Below are positions 22,070-31,049 of a stretch of 43,630 nucleotides of DNA, piece after piece. Origin of the DNA: Sandaracinaceae bacterium (GTDB taxonomy: Bacteria; Myxococcota_A; Polyangia; Polyangiales; JADJQN01); NCBI GenBank assembly GCA_947483975.1, contig CANKOL010000003.1:1-43630 (forward strand), written 5' to 3'. The notes under the pieces were generated by a model. The model had not been told where the DNA came from. It did no database searches and saw only the letters and a program-made list of their open reading frames with translations. Position 1 is the stretch's first letter, and each line of letters starts with the position of its first letter. A program made the translations under genes and the position numbers.

Positions 22070-22368
22070 GCCGCTCCCTCCGCGAATCGCGAGACAGCAC
22101 CGCAGGCGTGAAGCGGTCGCTGCGCGAGGGGATACGCTCCGCGAGTGCGGTCGCGCGTCATGCGGGCTGCGAAGGGTGCTTTCATCGTCGCGGGAACGGG
22201 TCGGGTCGACGAGCCGCACCACCATGGGGTGCCAACTGTGCACCGCGCGGCTGCCCGCAAGGGGGGACCCGAACAATGTGCCGACTTCGTGGCCCGCGAC
22301 TCTCTGGCTGCGTGTTCTTGGCTGCATTTTTTGCGGGCTCATCGTTCGTGCGCGCGCTATCCCCGGTC

Positions 22369-23460
22369 GTGACCCATCCCGCATACTTCCCCGCGTTCAC
22401 TTACGGCAATGCGCCGGTCAATGTCTACTGGGAGATGACGGTCGCGTGCGACCTCTCGTGCCGACACTGCCGCGCAGACGCCATCGGTGACCGCGACAAG
22501 CTCGAACTCTCGACGGAAGAGGGCATGGCGCTGATGCGCGACGTGAAGGCGATGGGGAGCCACCTCATCCTCACGGGCGGCGATCCCTTGAAGCGCCCCG
22601 ATCTCTTCGAGCTGATCGCCTACGGGCGCTCGATTCACCTCCCGATCGCGATCACGCCGGCGGTGACGCCGCTCCTCACGGAGGAGATCGTCAAGAAGCT
22701 CAAGGAGGCGGGCGTCGCGACGATGGGCATGAGCCTCGACGGGGCGACTGCCGAGCGGCACGACGGCTTCCGGCAAGTGCCGGGGACGTTCGAGATGTCG
22801 CTCCGAGCGCTCGGCTGGGCGCGCGATGCGGGTATGCCCGTGCAGATCAACAGCACGGTCACGAGCGACACGATCAAGCAGCTCCCGCAGATGCTCGAGC
22901 TACTGCTGACGCAGGCGCCGCCTGTTCGTCGCTGGAGCCTCTTCGTGCTCATCCCCGTCGGCCGTGGGCTGATGCTCGGGAGCCCGACTGCGCAAGAGAT
23001 CGAGGGCCTCTTCGGCTGGGTCTACGAGAACTCGCAGAAGGTGCCCTTCCACATGAGCACCGTCGAGGCGCCCCACTACCGGCGCTTCTGGATGCAGAAG
23101 AAGCTGTCGGAGGGCGTCAAGCTCGAGGAGATCGAGCAGCGTGGTCGGATGATGGGCTTCGGCATCCGCGACGGCTCCGGGATCGTCTTCGTCAGCCATC
23201 GCGGCGAGGTCTACCCGGCTGGCTTTCTGCCGTATCCGTTGCTCGGCAACGTGCGCGAGAAGCCCCTGCCGGAGATCTACCGGCACTCCGAGGGCGCGGT
23301 CGCGCTTCGCAACATGGACGAGCTGCACGGTCGGTGCGGCGAGTGTGAGTTCCGCTGGATCTGCGGTGGCTCACGCGCGCGCGCCTATGCCGCGACGGGC
23401 AACGCGATGGCGAGCGATCCGCTCTGCATCTATCAGCCGAGTCCCGCAGCCGCGGAATGA
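22369..23460 (+). CDS. Radical SAM/SPASM protein, NirJ/AhbD-like (TIGR04053-type)
   Basis: VYWEMTVACDLSCRHCRA (CxxxCxxC), LTGGDPL, SLDG...HDGFR, TVEAPHYRR, VYPAGFLP, CGECEFRWICGGSRARAYA...DPLC. Confidence 0.85.
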   Translation: MTHPAYFPAFTYGNAPVNVYWEMTVACDLSCRHCRADAIGDRDKLELSTEEGMALMRDVKAMGSHLILTGGDPLKRPDLFELIAYGRSIHLPIAITPAVTPLLTEEIVKKLKEAGVATMGMSLDGATAERHDGFRQVPGTFEMSLRALGWARDAGMPVQINSTVTSDTIKQLPQMLELLLTQAPPVRRWSLFVLIPVGRGLMLGSPTAQEIEGLFGWVYENSQKVPFHMSTVEAPHYRRFWMQKKLSEGVKLEEIEQRGRMMGFGIRDGSGIVFVSHRGEVYPAGFLPYPLLGNVREKPLPEIYRHSEGAVALRNMDELHGRCGECEFRWICGGSRARAYAATGNAMASDPLCIYQPSPAAAE

Positions 23461-23628
23461 ACGCGCGGGTCGGCTGAACCCGCACCGCGTTGTCAGCGTA
23501 CTTCGCGTAGGCCTCGTCGCGGCGTGGGCGAGCCGAGCGGAGCGCTGCGTGGAGTCGCGACCGCGGTCCGTCCGCGCAGGTTCTGCGCGTGCGGTGTGCT
23601 CATGCGCAAGCCGTGCGCGCCCCGCGCG

Positions 23629-23655
23629 GCCGACCCCCTCATCGGTCGGCTTTCT
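23629..23655 (+). terminator. Possible intrinsic terminator downstream of the radical SAM gene
   Basis: GCCGACC-N8-GGTCGGC followed by TTTCT. Confidence 0.35.
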
Positions 23656-23734
23656 CGAACGGGGCGACTCGGCAAATGCTTGAAATGAGAAGGTATTTTC
23701 GCGCGCCCGGGAATGTGCTTTCGTTGTCGCCTCC

Positions 23735-23750
23735 GGGAACAAAACGTGCT
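23735..23750 (+). promoter_or_regulatory. Putative sigma54 promoter of the nuo-kor operon
   Basis: GGGAACAAAACGTGCT: GG-N10-GC spacing (GG 23736-23737, GC 23748-23749) in an AT-richer stretch about 100 nt upstream of nuoA. Confidence 0.35.
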
Positions 23751-23853
23751 AGTTGGCGGGACCTCGAATGACCGCGCGCTCCAAGCTCCTCGACGGCAAC
23801 CCGGTGGTTCCGTCGTGCGTAGCCAGCCGCGTGGCGCAGAGCGGGTGTGCAGG

Positions 23854-24213
23854 ATGAATCAGGGCATCGCGGCGCTCAGCTTCCTCGGCGTCACGTTCGG
23901 GATCGTGATGAGCCTCCTCATCGCCGGGCGCATCCTGCGGGTGCGCGCACGAGTCGAGTCGCCGCTCAAGCATCGCCCCTACGAGTGCGGTGAGGAGCCG
24001 GAGGGCATGGCGTGGATGCAGTTCCACGCGCGCTACTACCTCGTGGCGCTCTTCTTCGTGCTGTTCGACGTGGAGGCAGTCTTCCTGTTTCCGTGGAGCA
24101 CGGTCATCCGCTCGCTCGGCACCTCGACGCTCATCGAGGTCGTCGCCTTCGTGCTGGTGCTCATGATCGGCTGGCTCTACGGGATGCGAAAGGGCGCGCT
24201 GAAGTGGCAATAG
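23854..24213 (+). CDS. nuoA: Complex I-like subunit A
   Basis: [36 protein letters not shown]. Confidence 0.95.
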   Translation: MNQGIAALSFLGVTFGIVMSLLIAGRILRVRARVESPLKHRPYECGEEPEGMAWMQFHARYYLVALFFVLFDVEAVFLFPWSTVIRSLGTSTLIEVVAFVLVLMIGWLYGMRKGALKWQ

Positions 24214-25445
24214 ACGGCAAGATCTCCCTGCCGGTCGTCGGCCCGGGCGACGAGCGCGAGCGCACGTACGAGCACCCCCTCTACAAGCAGCTGCTCAGCG
24301 TGCCCGGGCTCTCGCTCGGGGTCACCTCGCTCGACGCGCTGCTCACCTGGGGGCTGCGGAATTCGCTGTGGGTCTTCCCGATGGCGACGAGCTGCTGCGG
24401 CATCGAGCTGATGGCCGCGGCGGCGAGCCGTGTGGACCTCGATCGCATGGGCACGATCGTCCGGGCGACGCCGCGTCAGGCTGACGTCATGGTCGTCGCG
24501 GGCACGATCACCGTGAAGATGGCGCCCCGCGTGAAGAAGCTCTGGGATCAGATGCCCGAGCCGAAGTGGGCGATCGCGATGGGCTCTTGCGCGATCTCGG
24601 GCGACTTCTATCGGGACCTGTACCCAGTGGTGCCGGGTATCGACACGTTCCTGCCGGTCGATGTCTACATCCCGGGCTGCCCGCCGAACCCCGAAGCGTT
24701 GATGCACGGCCTGCTCCGCCTGCAGGAGAAGGTGCGCCTCCAGCGCCTCGGTCAGTTCGCGACTCCCGAGCCGCGACCGGCGCTGCTCGCGAGCACCAAG
24801 CCGTCGATTCCGCGCTTGAACGACCCAGAGCGTGAAGCGGAGACGAACGAGCAGCAGACGGCTGACGCGATGAAGACCGCGGACAGCGCGGTGGAGCGTC
24901 CGGAGGCGACGGGGAGCTCAGCCGCGAGCGAGGCGCTCAGCCCGGCTCCGGCATTGGAGGGCACGACGCCGCCCGCGAGCTGGCTCGAGTCCCTCTTTGC
25001 CGCGCACGGCGCGCTGGCCTTTCCGAAGGACGCGCCTCCGCTGATCTCCGCAGACCGGCACGTGGCGCTCGCCCGCGCGCTTCAAGAGCGCGGCTACAAG
25101 CAGCTCGTCTACATCGCCGCGAGCCACTGGCTCGCCGGGCGCGGTCGTGCGGGTGCCGATGCGAGCGAGACGGAGCACTTCGAGGTGGCGTTCGCGCTGC
25201 GCACCGTGGGGCGAGCCTCGCAGCTCGCGTCGTGGAGTGTGCGGCTCGAGCCCGGTCAGAGCCTGCCGACGCTGACCGAGGTGTTCGCGGGAGCCGACTG
25301 GCAGGAGCGCGAGCAGTGGGATCTCCTGGGCGTGAAGTTCTCGGGTCACCCCGACTTGCGCAGGATCATGATGCCCGACGACTGGGAAGGTCATCCGTTG
25401 CGCAAAGATTACGCCGCGGATACCCACCGGGCCCCTTGGCGATGA
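24204..25445 (+). CDS. nuoBC: Fused complex I subunits B and C
   Basis: NuoB part: TSCCGIE, PRQADV, GSCAISG, PGCPP (N2 cluster ligands). After a linker, NuoC part: [39 protein letters not shown]. Single open frame from GTG 24204. Confidence 0.92.
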   Translation: MAIDGKISLPVVGPGDERERTYEHPLYKQLLSVPGLSLGVTSLDALLTWGLRNSLWVFPMATSCCGIELMAAAASRVDLDRMGTIVRATPRQADVMVVAGTITVKMAPRVKKLWDQMPEPKWAIAMGSCAISGDFYRDLYPVVPGIDTFLPVDVYIPGCPPNPEALMHGLLRLQEKVRLQRLGQFATPEPRPALLASTKPSIPRLNDPEREAETNEQQTADAMKTADSAVERPEATGSSAASEALSPAPALEGTTPPASWLESLFAAHGALAFPKDAPPLISADRHVALARALQERGYKQLVYIAASHWLAGRGRAGADASETEHFEVAFALRTVGRASQLASWSVRLEPGQSLPTLTEVFAGADWQEREQWDLLGVKFSGHPDLRRIMMPDDWEGHPLRKDYAADTHRAPWR

Positions 25446-26644
25446 CCTCGATGCAGACTCCCACTCACACGCTCAAGTGGCCCAACCCGCACCTCGACAT
25501 GACCGCGTTCGAGGCGGAGGGCGAGCTGATGCTGCTGCACCTCGGGCCGCAGCATCCCTCGACCCACGGCGTCTTCCGCATCGACCTCTACCTCGACGGT
25601 GAGGTCATCGTGAAGGCGGTGCCCTTCGCGGGCTATCTGCACCGCGGCGTCGAGAAGCTGATGGAGCGGCTCACGTACGTGCAGCAGACGCCCATCGTCG
25701 ACAAGCACGACTACGTCGCTCCGATGACGAGCGAGCAGGCGCTCAACGTCGCCTTCGAGAAGCTCCTCGGGGTCGAGGTCCCGCGGCGGGCGCGCTGGCT
25801 GCGTTCGCTCTTCGCGGAGTTGCAGCGCATCGCGTCGCACCTGCTCGCGCTCGGCACGCTCTCGATCGATCTCGGCGGTGCCCTCGGCGGCGGCTCGACG
25901 CTCTTCATCCACTGCTTCCGCGAGCGCGAGCTCATCATGGACCTCTTCGAAGAGGTCACCGGCGCGCGCTTCCACTACAACACGCACACGATCGGCGGCA
26001 ATCGCCACGACGTGACGCCTGAGTGGGCGGCGCATGTGCGGTCCGCGATGAAGACGATCCTCGCGCGGCTCCCCGAGTATGACTCGATGAGCATCGACAA
26101 CAGCATCTTCATCGAGCGCACGCGCGGCGTCGGGGTGCTCGATGGTCGGCTCGCGCTCGAGCTCGGGGTCACGGGTCCGAACCTGCGCGCTTGCGGTGTC
26201 GACCACGATCTGCGCCGCGACGCGCCGTTCCACGCGTACGACGAAGTGCCGGTGAACGTCATCGTCGAGCAGGGGGGCGACAGCCTCGCGCGGGTGCTCG
26301 TCCGCGTGCGAGAGGTGCGCGAGAGCATCCGCCTCGTGGAGGTGCTGCTCGAGGGGCTGCCTGAAGGCCCCATTTGCAGCTACCGGCCCATCAAGCTCGT
26401 CGGGCAGGTGAAGATCGCCTCGGGCCAGGCGTACGCGGCGATCGAGACGCCGCGCGGTGAGCTCGGGACGTTCGTCATCGCGGGCGGGGGCGAGGGAAAT
26501 GCGAGCCCCTACCGCCTGAAGTTCCGGCCTCCGAGCCTGCACTCGCTGTCGGCGCTGCCGTATCTGCTCCCAGGCGCGACGCTGAGCGATGCGGTGACGA
26601 TCCTCGGCTCGCTGGACCCGATCATGGGGGAGGTCGACCGATGA
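25442..26644 (+). CDS. nuoD: Complex I-like subunit D
   Basis: [50 protein letters not shown]; no NiFe-binding CxxC pairs. Confidence 0.95.
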   Translation: MTSMQTPTHTLKWPNPHLDMTAFEAEGELMLLHLGPQHPSTHGVFRIDLYLDGEVIVKAVPFAGYLHRGVEKLMERLTYVQQTPIVDKHDYVAPMTSEQALNVAFEKLLGVEVPRRARWLRSLFAELQRIASHLLALGTLSIDLGGALGGGSTLFIHCFRERELIMDLFEEVTGARFHYNTHTIGGNRHDVTPEWAAHVRSAMKTILARLPEYDSMSIDNSIFIERTRGVGVLDGRLALELGVTGPNLRACGVDHDLRRDAPFHAYDEVPVNVIVEQGGDSLARVLVRVREVRESIRLVEVLLEGLPEGPICSYRPIKLVGQVKIASGQAYAAIETPRGELGTFVIAGGGEGNASPYRLKFRPPSLHSLSALPYLLPGATLSDAVTILGSLDPIMGEVDR

Positions 26645-27618
26645 GCGGGCTCGTACACGGAGCGGTCTACGGCGTGCTCATCCTCGCCGTCGTGCTCACC
26701 ACCTCGGGGCTGTGGATCTGGGGTGAACGCAAGTTCGCCGCGCGTCTGCAGACTCGCCTTGGGCCGACGATCGTTGGGCCTTTCGGGCTGCTGCAAGCGG
26801 TCGCGGATGTGCTCAAGCTCCTGCAGAAGGAAGACATCATCCCGGCGCAGGCGGACCGGGCGCTGTTCAACATCGCGCCGGTGCTGGCCGCGTTCTGCGC
26901 GCTCGGAGTCGCCGCGGTCATCCCGTTCAGCCCGGACGTGATCGCGTCGGACCTCGACGTCGGCGTGCTCTACATCCTCGGCCTCGGCGCGCTCACCACG
27001 ATCGCGATCTTCCTCGGCGGTTGGGCGAGCAACAACAAGTTCGCGCTGCTCGGCGGGATGCGCTCCGTCGCGCAGGCGATCTCCTACGAGATCCCGCTCG
27101 TGCTCGCCGCGATGGTCCCGGTGATCCTCGCTGGCTCGCTCAGCGTGAGCGACATCGTGCGGTGGCAGGTCGGGCATCATATGTTCGCCCTCTGGCCGAT
27201 CGTGCCGGGGCTCCCCGCGTTCGGCATCTTCTTCATGGCGATGCTGGCCGAGTCGAACCGCATTCCGTTCGACATCCCCGAGGCCGAGAGCGAGCTCGTC
27301 GGCGGGATCACGACCGAATACACCGGCATCAAGTTCACGCTGTTCTACATGGCGGAGTACGTGCACACGCTGGTCGGCTCAGCGGTCGCGGCGGCCCTGT
27401 TCCTCGGCGGCTGGGACGGCCCGTTCGCCCCCGGCTTGCACTGGATGGTCGCGAAGACGCTGGTGCTCTTCGTGTCGGTGTATTGGATCCGCTGGTCGCT
27501 CGTGCGGTTCCGCTCTGACCAACTCTTGACGATGTGCTGGCGCTACCTCGTCCCGGCGTCCGTGCTGCTGGTGCTCGCCGCGGCGCTTTGGGTTCAGCTC
27601 TTCCCGGAGTTCCTCTGA
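26641..27618 (+). CDS. nuoH: Complex I-like subunit H
   Basis: ERKFAARLQTRLGP, GLLQAVADVLKLLQKE, AQAISYEIP, NRIPFDIPEAESELVGG.TEY. Confidence 0.96.
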   Translation: MSGLVHGAVYGVLILAVVLTTSGLWIWGERKFAARLQTRLGPTIVGPFGLLQAVADVLKLLQKEDIIPAQADRALFNIAPVLAAFCALGVAAVIPFSPDVIASDLDVGVLYILGLGALTTIAIFLGGWASNNKFALLGGMRSVAQAISYEIPLVLAAMVPVILAGSLSVSDIVRWQVGHHMFALWPIVPGLPAFGIFFMAMLAESNRIPFDIPEAESELVGGITTEYTGIKFTLFYMAEYVHTLVGSAVAAALFLGGWDGPFAPGLHWMVAKTLVLFVSVYWIRWSLVRFRSDQLLTMCWRYLVPASVLLVLAAALWVQLFPEFL

Positions 27619-28352
27619 TGCGGCACCTGATCGACGCGTCACGCGCGCTCTTCACCACGATGCGGCAAGTGCTGCGCACGCCCGTGACGGTGCAGTTCCC
27701 GACCGAGATCCGTAAGCGCCCGGAGCGCTACCGCACGAGCTTCGCGCTGCTCCACGACGAGCACGGCGAGGAGCTCTGCATCGGTTGTCTGCAGTGCGAG
27801 CGCATCTGCCCTTCGACCGTCATCACCGTCACTCAGGGGCCGAAGGCGGAGTCGAAGGTCACCGGCAAGAAGCGCGGCTGGGCCTCGGACTTCGTGCTCG
27901 ACACGACCGCGTGCATCTCCTGCGAGCTTTGCGTGCAGGTGTGTCCCACGGACGCGCTGATCATGACGCAGGTGGCGGATATCCCCGCGTACTCGCGCGA
28001 AGAGCTCGTCCTCACGATGGACAAGCTCTACGCGCACGAGAAGGACAAGCCCGCCTCCTGGGGTACCGGCACGCGCCTCATGGGGATGCAAGAGGCTCCC
28101 AAGGAAGAGAAGAAGCCGAAGCCCGCGAAGCCTGTCGCGGCCGCGGCGCCCGCAGCGGCCGAGGCTGCGCCTGCTGCCGCGCTAGCCGCAGCCGAGCCCA
28201 CGAGCGCGCCCGTCGTCGTGGCTCCGGTGGCTGCGGCCGAGCCCGCGAGCGCGCCCGTCGTCGCGGCTGCGCTGGCTGCGCCGCCCGTCGCAGAGACCTC
28301 CGCCGTCGCGCCCGCGGCTCCGGCGCCGGCCACGAAAGAGGAGTCCAAGTGA
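27618..28352 (+). CDS. nuoI: Complex I-like subunit I (2x[4Fe-4S]) with a Lys- then Ala/Pro-rich C-terminal tail
   Basis: CIGCLQCERICP and CISCELCVQVCP; tail EAPKEEKKPKPAKPVAAAAP... Confidence 0.94.
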   Translation: MRHLIDASRALFTTMRQVLRTPVTVQFPTEIRKRPERYRTSFALLHDEHGEELCIGCLQCERICPSTVITVTQGPKAESKVTGKKRGWASDFVLDTTACISCELCVQVCPTDALIMTQVADIPAYSREELVLTMDKLYAHEKDKPASWGTGTRLMGMQEAPKEEKKPKPAKPVAAAAPAAAEAAPAAALAAAEPTSAPVVVAPVAAAEPASAPVVAAALAAPPVAETSAVAPAAPAPATKEESK

Positions 28353-28921
28353 CCGTCGCCATCGGGTTCGGCGTGGTAGCCGCCATTGCGCTGCTCTCCG
28401 CGATCCTGGTCGTCCGCTCTCCGAACCTCGTGCACGCCGTCCTCTGGCTCGGCGTCACGCTCATCGACACTGCGGTGCTCTACGGCATGCTCGGCGCGTC
28501 GTTTCTCGCCGGCGTGCAGGTGCTGTTGTACGTCGGCGGCGTCGTCACGCTGATGGTCTTCGGCGTGATGTTGACGCGGCGGCACGACGGCCTCTCGGTG
28601 CCGGCAGCCAGCGGGTCCCCGTGGCGCGGCGCGCTGACCGCAGCCGTGCTGTTCGGCGTCATCGCGGCAGCCGTCATGCGCAGCGACCTGGAGCACGCGC
28701 CGGTGGCTCCGACGGCAGGTCCTCCCGCGGTCGAGGCGCTCGCCGCCAGCAGCCAAGCGACCACGCAGGCGATCGGCTTCGAGCTTCTCTCCACCCACGT
28801 GCTCGCGTTTGAAGTGCTCTCCCTGCTGCTGCTCGCAGCGATCATCGGCGCCGTCGTCATCGCGCGGCGCCGCGACCATGGCGCGCTCGACCAGAACGCC
28901 AGAACGGAGGCGTCCTCGTGA
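28349..28921 (+). CDS. nuoJ: Complex I-like subunit J
   Basis: NLVHAVLWL, QVLLYVGGVVTLMVFGVML, FEVLSLLLLAAIIGAVVIAR. Confidence 0.93.
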   Translation: MTVAIGFGVVAAIALLSAILVVRSPNLVHAVLWLGVTLIDTAVLYGMLGASFLAGVQVLLYVGGVVTLMVFGVMLTRRHDGLSVPAASGSPWRGALTAAVLFGVIAAAVMRSDLEHAPVAPTAGPPAVEALAASSQATTQAIGFELLSTHVLAFEVLSLLLLAAIIGAVVIARRRDHGALDQNARTEASS

Positions 28922-29217
28922 CGCTGTCGACCTCCATCCTGCTCGCTGCGGCGATGTTCTCCGTGGGCGTCTATGGCCTGCTGACGCGCCGCCATGCGGT
29001 CGCGATCCTGCTGTCCGTGGAGCTGATGGCCAACGCCGCCAACCTCAGCTTCGTCGCCTTCTCGCACTTCCGCGGAGGCGCGACCGGGCAACTGTTCGCG
29101 CTCTTCGCCCTCGCGATCACGGTGGCTGAGGTCGCCGTCGGCTTGGCGCTGGTGCTGCTTCTCTATCGAACCTACGGCGACACTCGTACGGATGCTGCGA
29201 AGGAGCTTCGAGGATGA
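28918..29217 (+). CDS. nuoK: Complex I-like subunit K
   Basis: SVELMANAANL, GQLFALF, AEVAVGLAL. Confidence 0.95.
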   Translation: MTLSTSILLAAAMFSVGVYGLLTRRHAVAILLSVELMANAANLSFVAFSHFRGGATGQLFALFALAITVAEVAVGLALVLLLYRTYGDTRTDAAKELRG

Positions 29218-31049
29218 GTCTCCCCGTCGGTGCGCTTCCGCTCGAAGCCGCGCCCATTCCGGCGTTCGTCGCGCTCTTCGCTCCCGCCGTCGCTGCGCTC
29301 GTGCTCGCCGCAGCGCCGGCGCTCCGCAGGCGTGGCGCGCCCGCGTCGTGGGTGACGCTCACGGCGTCACTCCTCGCGACGGCCGCGGCGGTCACCCTGC
29401 TCGTCACCCAACTCCGTGAGGGCGGCAGCCATGTTTGGATGGCCTCGTGGCTGCAGATCAACGGCGCCGGCGTCGGCGACTTCGGGGTGCGTCTCGACGG
29501 CGTCTCGGCGACCATGCTGTTGGTCGTCTGCGTGGTCGCGACCTGCGTGCAGGTCTTCTCCCTCGGCTACATGCACGACGAGAAGCCGCCCGCGTTCGGG
29601 CGCTACTTTGCGTATCACGCGCTCTTCCTGTTCAGCATGAACTTGCTCGTGCTCGCTCCGGACTTGCTCCAGCTGTTCGCGGGCTGGGAGCTGGTCGGCG
29701 CGACGAGCTATCTGCTGATCGGCTTCTACTATCAGAAGCCCAGCGCCGGGCAGGCCGCGCTGAAGGCGTTCTGGATCACGAAGCTCGCGGACATGGGCTT
29801 CCTCATGGCGCTGATGGTCCTCTACAAGACGACCGGCACGTTCCGCTGGGACGCCGCCGTGACTGCGGCGACCGCGACGACGGTCAGCGGGCTCCTCTTC
29901 TTCGCCGTCGTCGGAAAGTCCGCGCAGTTCCCGCTCCACATCTGGCTGCCGGACGCGATGGAGGGGCCGACGCCCGTCTCGGCGCTGCTCCATGCCGCGA
30001 CGATGGTGGCGGCGGGCGTGTTCCTCATCGTTCGCGCCAACCCGCTGTTCGCGCACGCCCCCGCGACGCGCGACGTGATGCTGCTGGTGGGCTCCGGGAC
30101 GGCGCTCTTCGCCGCGTGCCTCGCGCTCGTGCAGACCGACATCAAGAAGGTGCTCGCGTACTCGACCTGCTCGCAGCTCGGCTACATGGTCGCGGCGCTC
30201 GGCGCGGGCTCGGTGTTCGGCGGGTTCTTCCACCTCGCGACGCACGCGTTCTTCAAGGCGCTGCTCTTCCTCGCGGCTGGCAGCGTCATCCACGCGGTGC
30301 ACTCGAACGAGCTCGCCGACATGGGCGGCTTGCGCCGACGCATGCCGGTGACCGCGACCACCTTCATCATCGGCGCGATGTCGCTCGCAGGTATCCCTGG
30401 CCTCGCGGGCTTCTTCAGCAAGGACCTGGTGCTCGCATCGGTCGAAGGCCGGTACGGCTGGGTGCCATTCGGCGCGCTGATGGCGACGGCGTTCCTCACC
30501 GCCTTCTACATGGGCCGCGTGGTGTTCCTCGCGTTCTTCGGCGAGGCGCGCGGTCACGCGGGGCATGCGCACGAGTCGGGCGGCTCGCTGCTCGTGCCGC
30601 TGCTCGTGCTCACCGTGCCGTCGGTCGCGCTCGGTTGGGTCGCCGCGCCGCTCGCGCACCTCTCGGGCGCGACCTATGAGCTGCATCTCGTCGGCGTCGT
30701 GCCGATCCTCGCCGCGTCGCTCGGGTTGGGGGGCTTCGCGCTCGCGTGGGTGGTGTACGGCCGCGGGACGCTGGTCGTCAGCGCGCTCGCGCCGCTCGAG
30801 CGCCTCGTCGCGACGCGCGCAGTCAATCGCGTGTACGAGGTCGGCTATCGCCGCGTGCTCCTGGTCGTCGCCGATGTGCTCGGCTGGATCGACCGCTACC
30901 TGATCGATGGGCTCATGAACTTCCTCGGCTGGTCCGCCGTCGCGGGTGGGCGCGCGCTCCGCAGGGTGCAGACCGGCAACGCCCAGGACTACGTCTTCGC
31001 CGTCGTGCTGGGCGCAATCGCCCTGGCGGCTTGGGGGTTGCTACCGTGA
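29214..31049 (+). CDS. nuoL: Complex I-like antiporter subunit L
   Basis: GWELVG, KSAQFPLHIWLPDAMEGPTPVSALLHAATMVAAG, DIKKVLAYSTCSQLG, THAFFKALLFL, C-terminal QTGNAQDY. Confidence 0.96.
   Translation: MSLPVGALPLEAAPIPAFVALFAPAVAALVLAAAPALRRRGAPASWVTLTASLLATAAAVTLLVTQLREGGSHVWMASWLQINGAGVGDFGVRLDGVSATMLLVVCVVATCVQVFSLGYMHDEKPPAFGRYFAYHALFLFSMNLLVLAPDLLQLFAGWELVGATSYLLIGFYYQKPSAGQAALKAFWITKLADMGFLMALMVLYKTTGTFRWDAAVTAATATTVSGLLFFAVVGKSAQFPLHIWLPDAMEGPTPVSALLHAATMVAAGVFLIVRANPLFAHAPATRDVMLLVGSGTALFAACLALVQTDIKKVLAYSTCSQLGYMVAALGAGSVFGGFFHLATHAFFKALLFLAAGSVIHAVHSNELADMGGLRRRMPVTATTFIIGAMSLAGIPGLAGFFSKDLVLASVEGRYGWVPFGALMATAFLTAFYMGRVVFLAFFGEARGHAGHAHESGGSLLVPLLVLTVPSVALGWVAAPLAHLSGATYELHLVGVVPILAASLGLGGFALAWVVYGRGTLVVSALAPLERLVATRAVNRVYEVGYRRVLLVVADVLGWIDRYLIDGLMNFLGWSAVAGGRALRRVQTGNAQDYVFAVVLGAIALAAWGLLP

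Noticed and set aside
22070-22368. FNR/Rex box or sigma54 promoter in the divergent intergenic region
   Set aside because: No TTGAT-N4-ATCAA match found. The best candidate, TGGCTGCATTTTTTGC (22319-22334), has GG-N11-GC spacing, one base off canonical.
25442-26644. Possible group 4 [NiFe]-hydrogenase (Ech/Hyc/Mbh) large subunit
   Set aside because: No N- or C-terminal CxxC Ni ligands (ends [12 protein letters not shown]). It has the quinone-site His motif HPSTHG, NuoB has tandem CC, and nuoA/J/K are present, so it is complex I-like.
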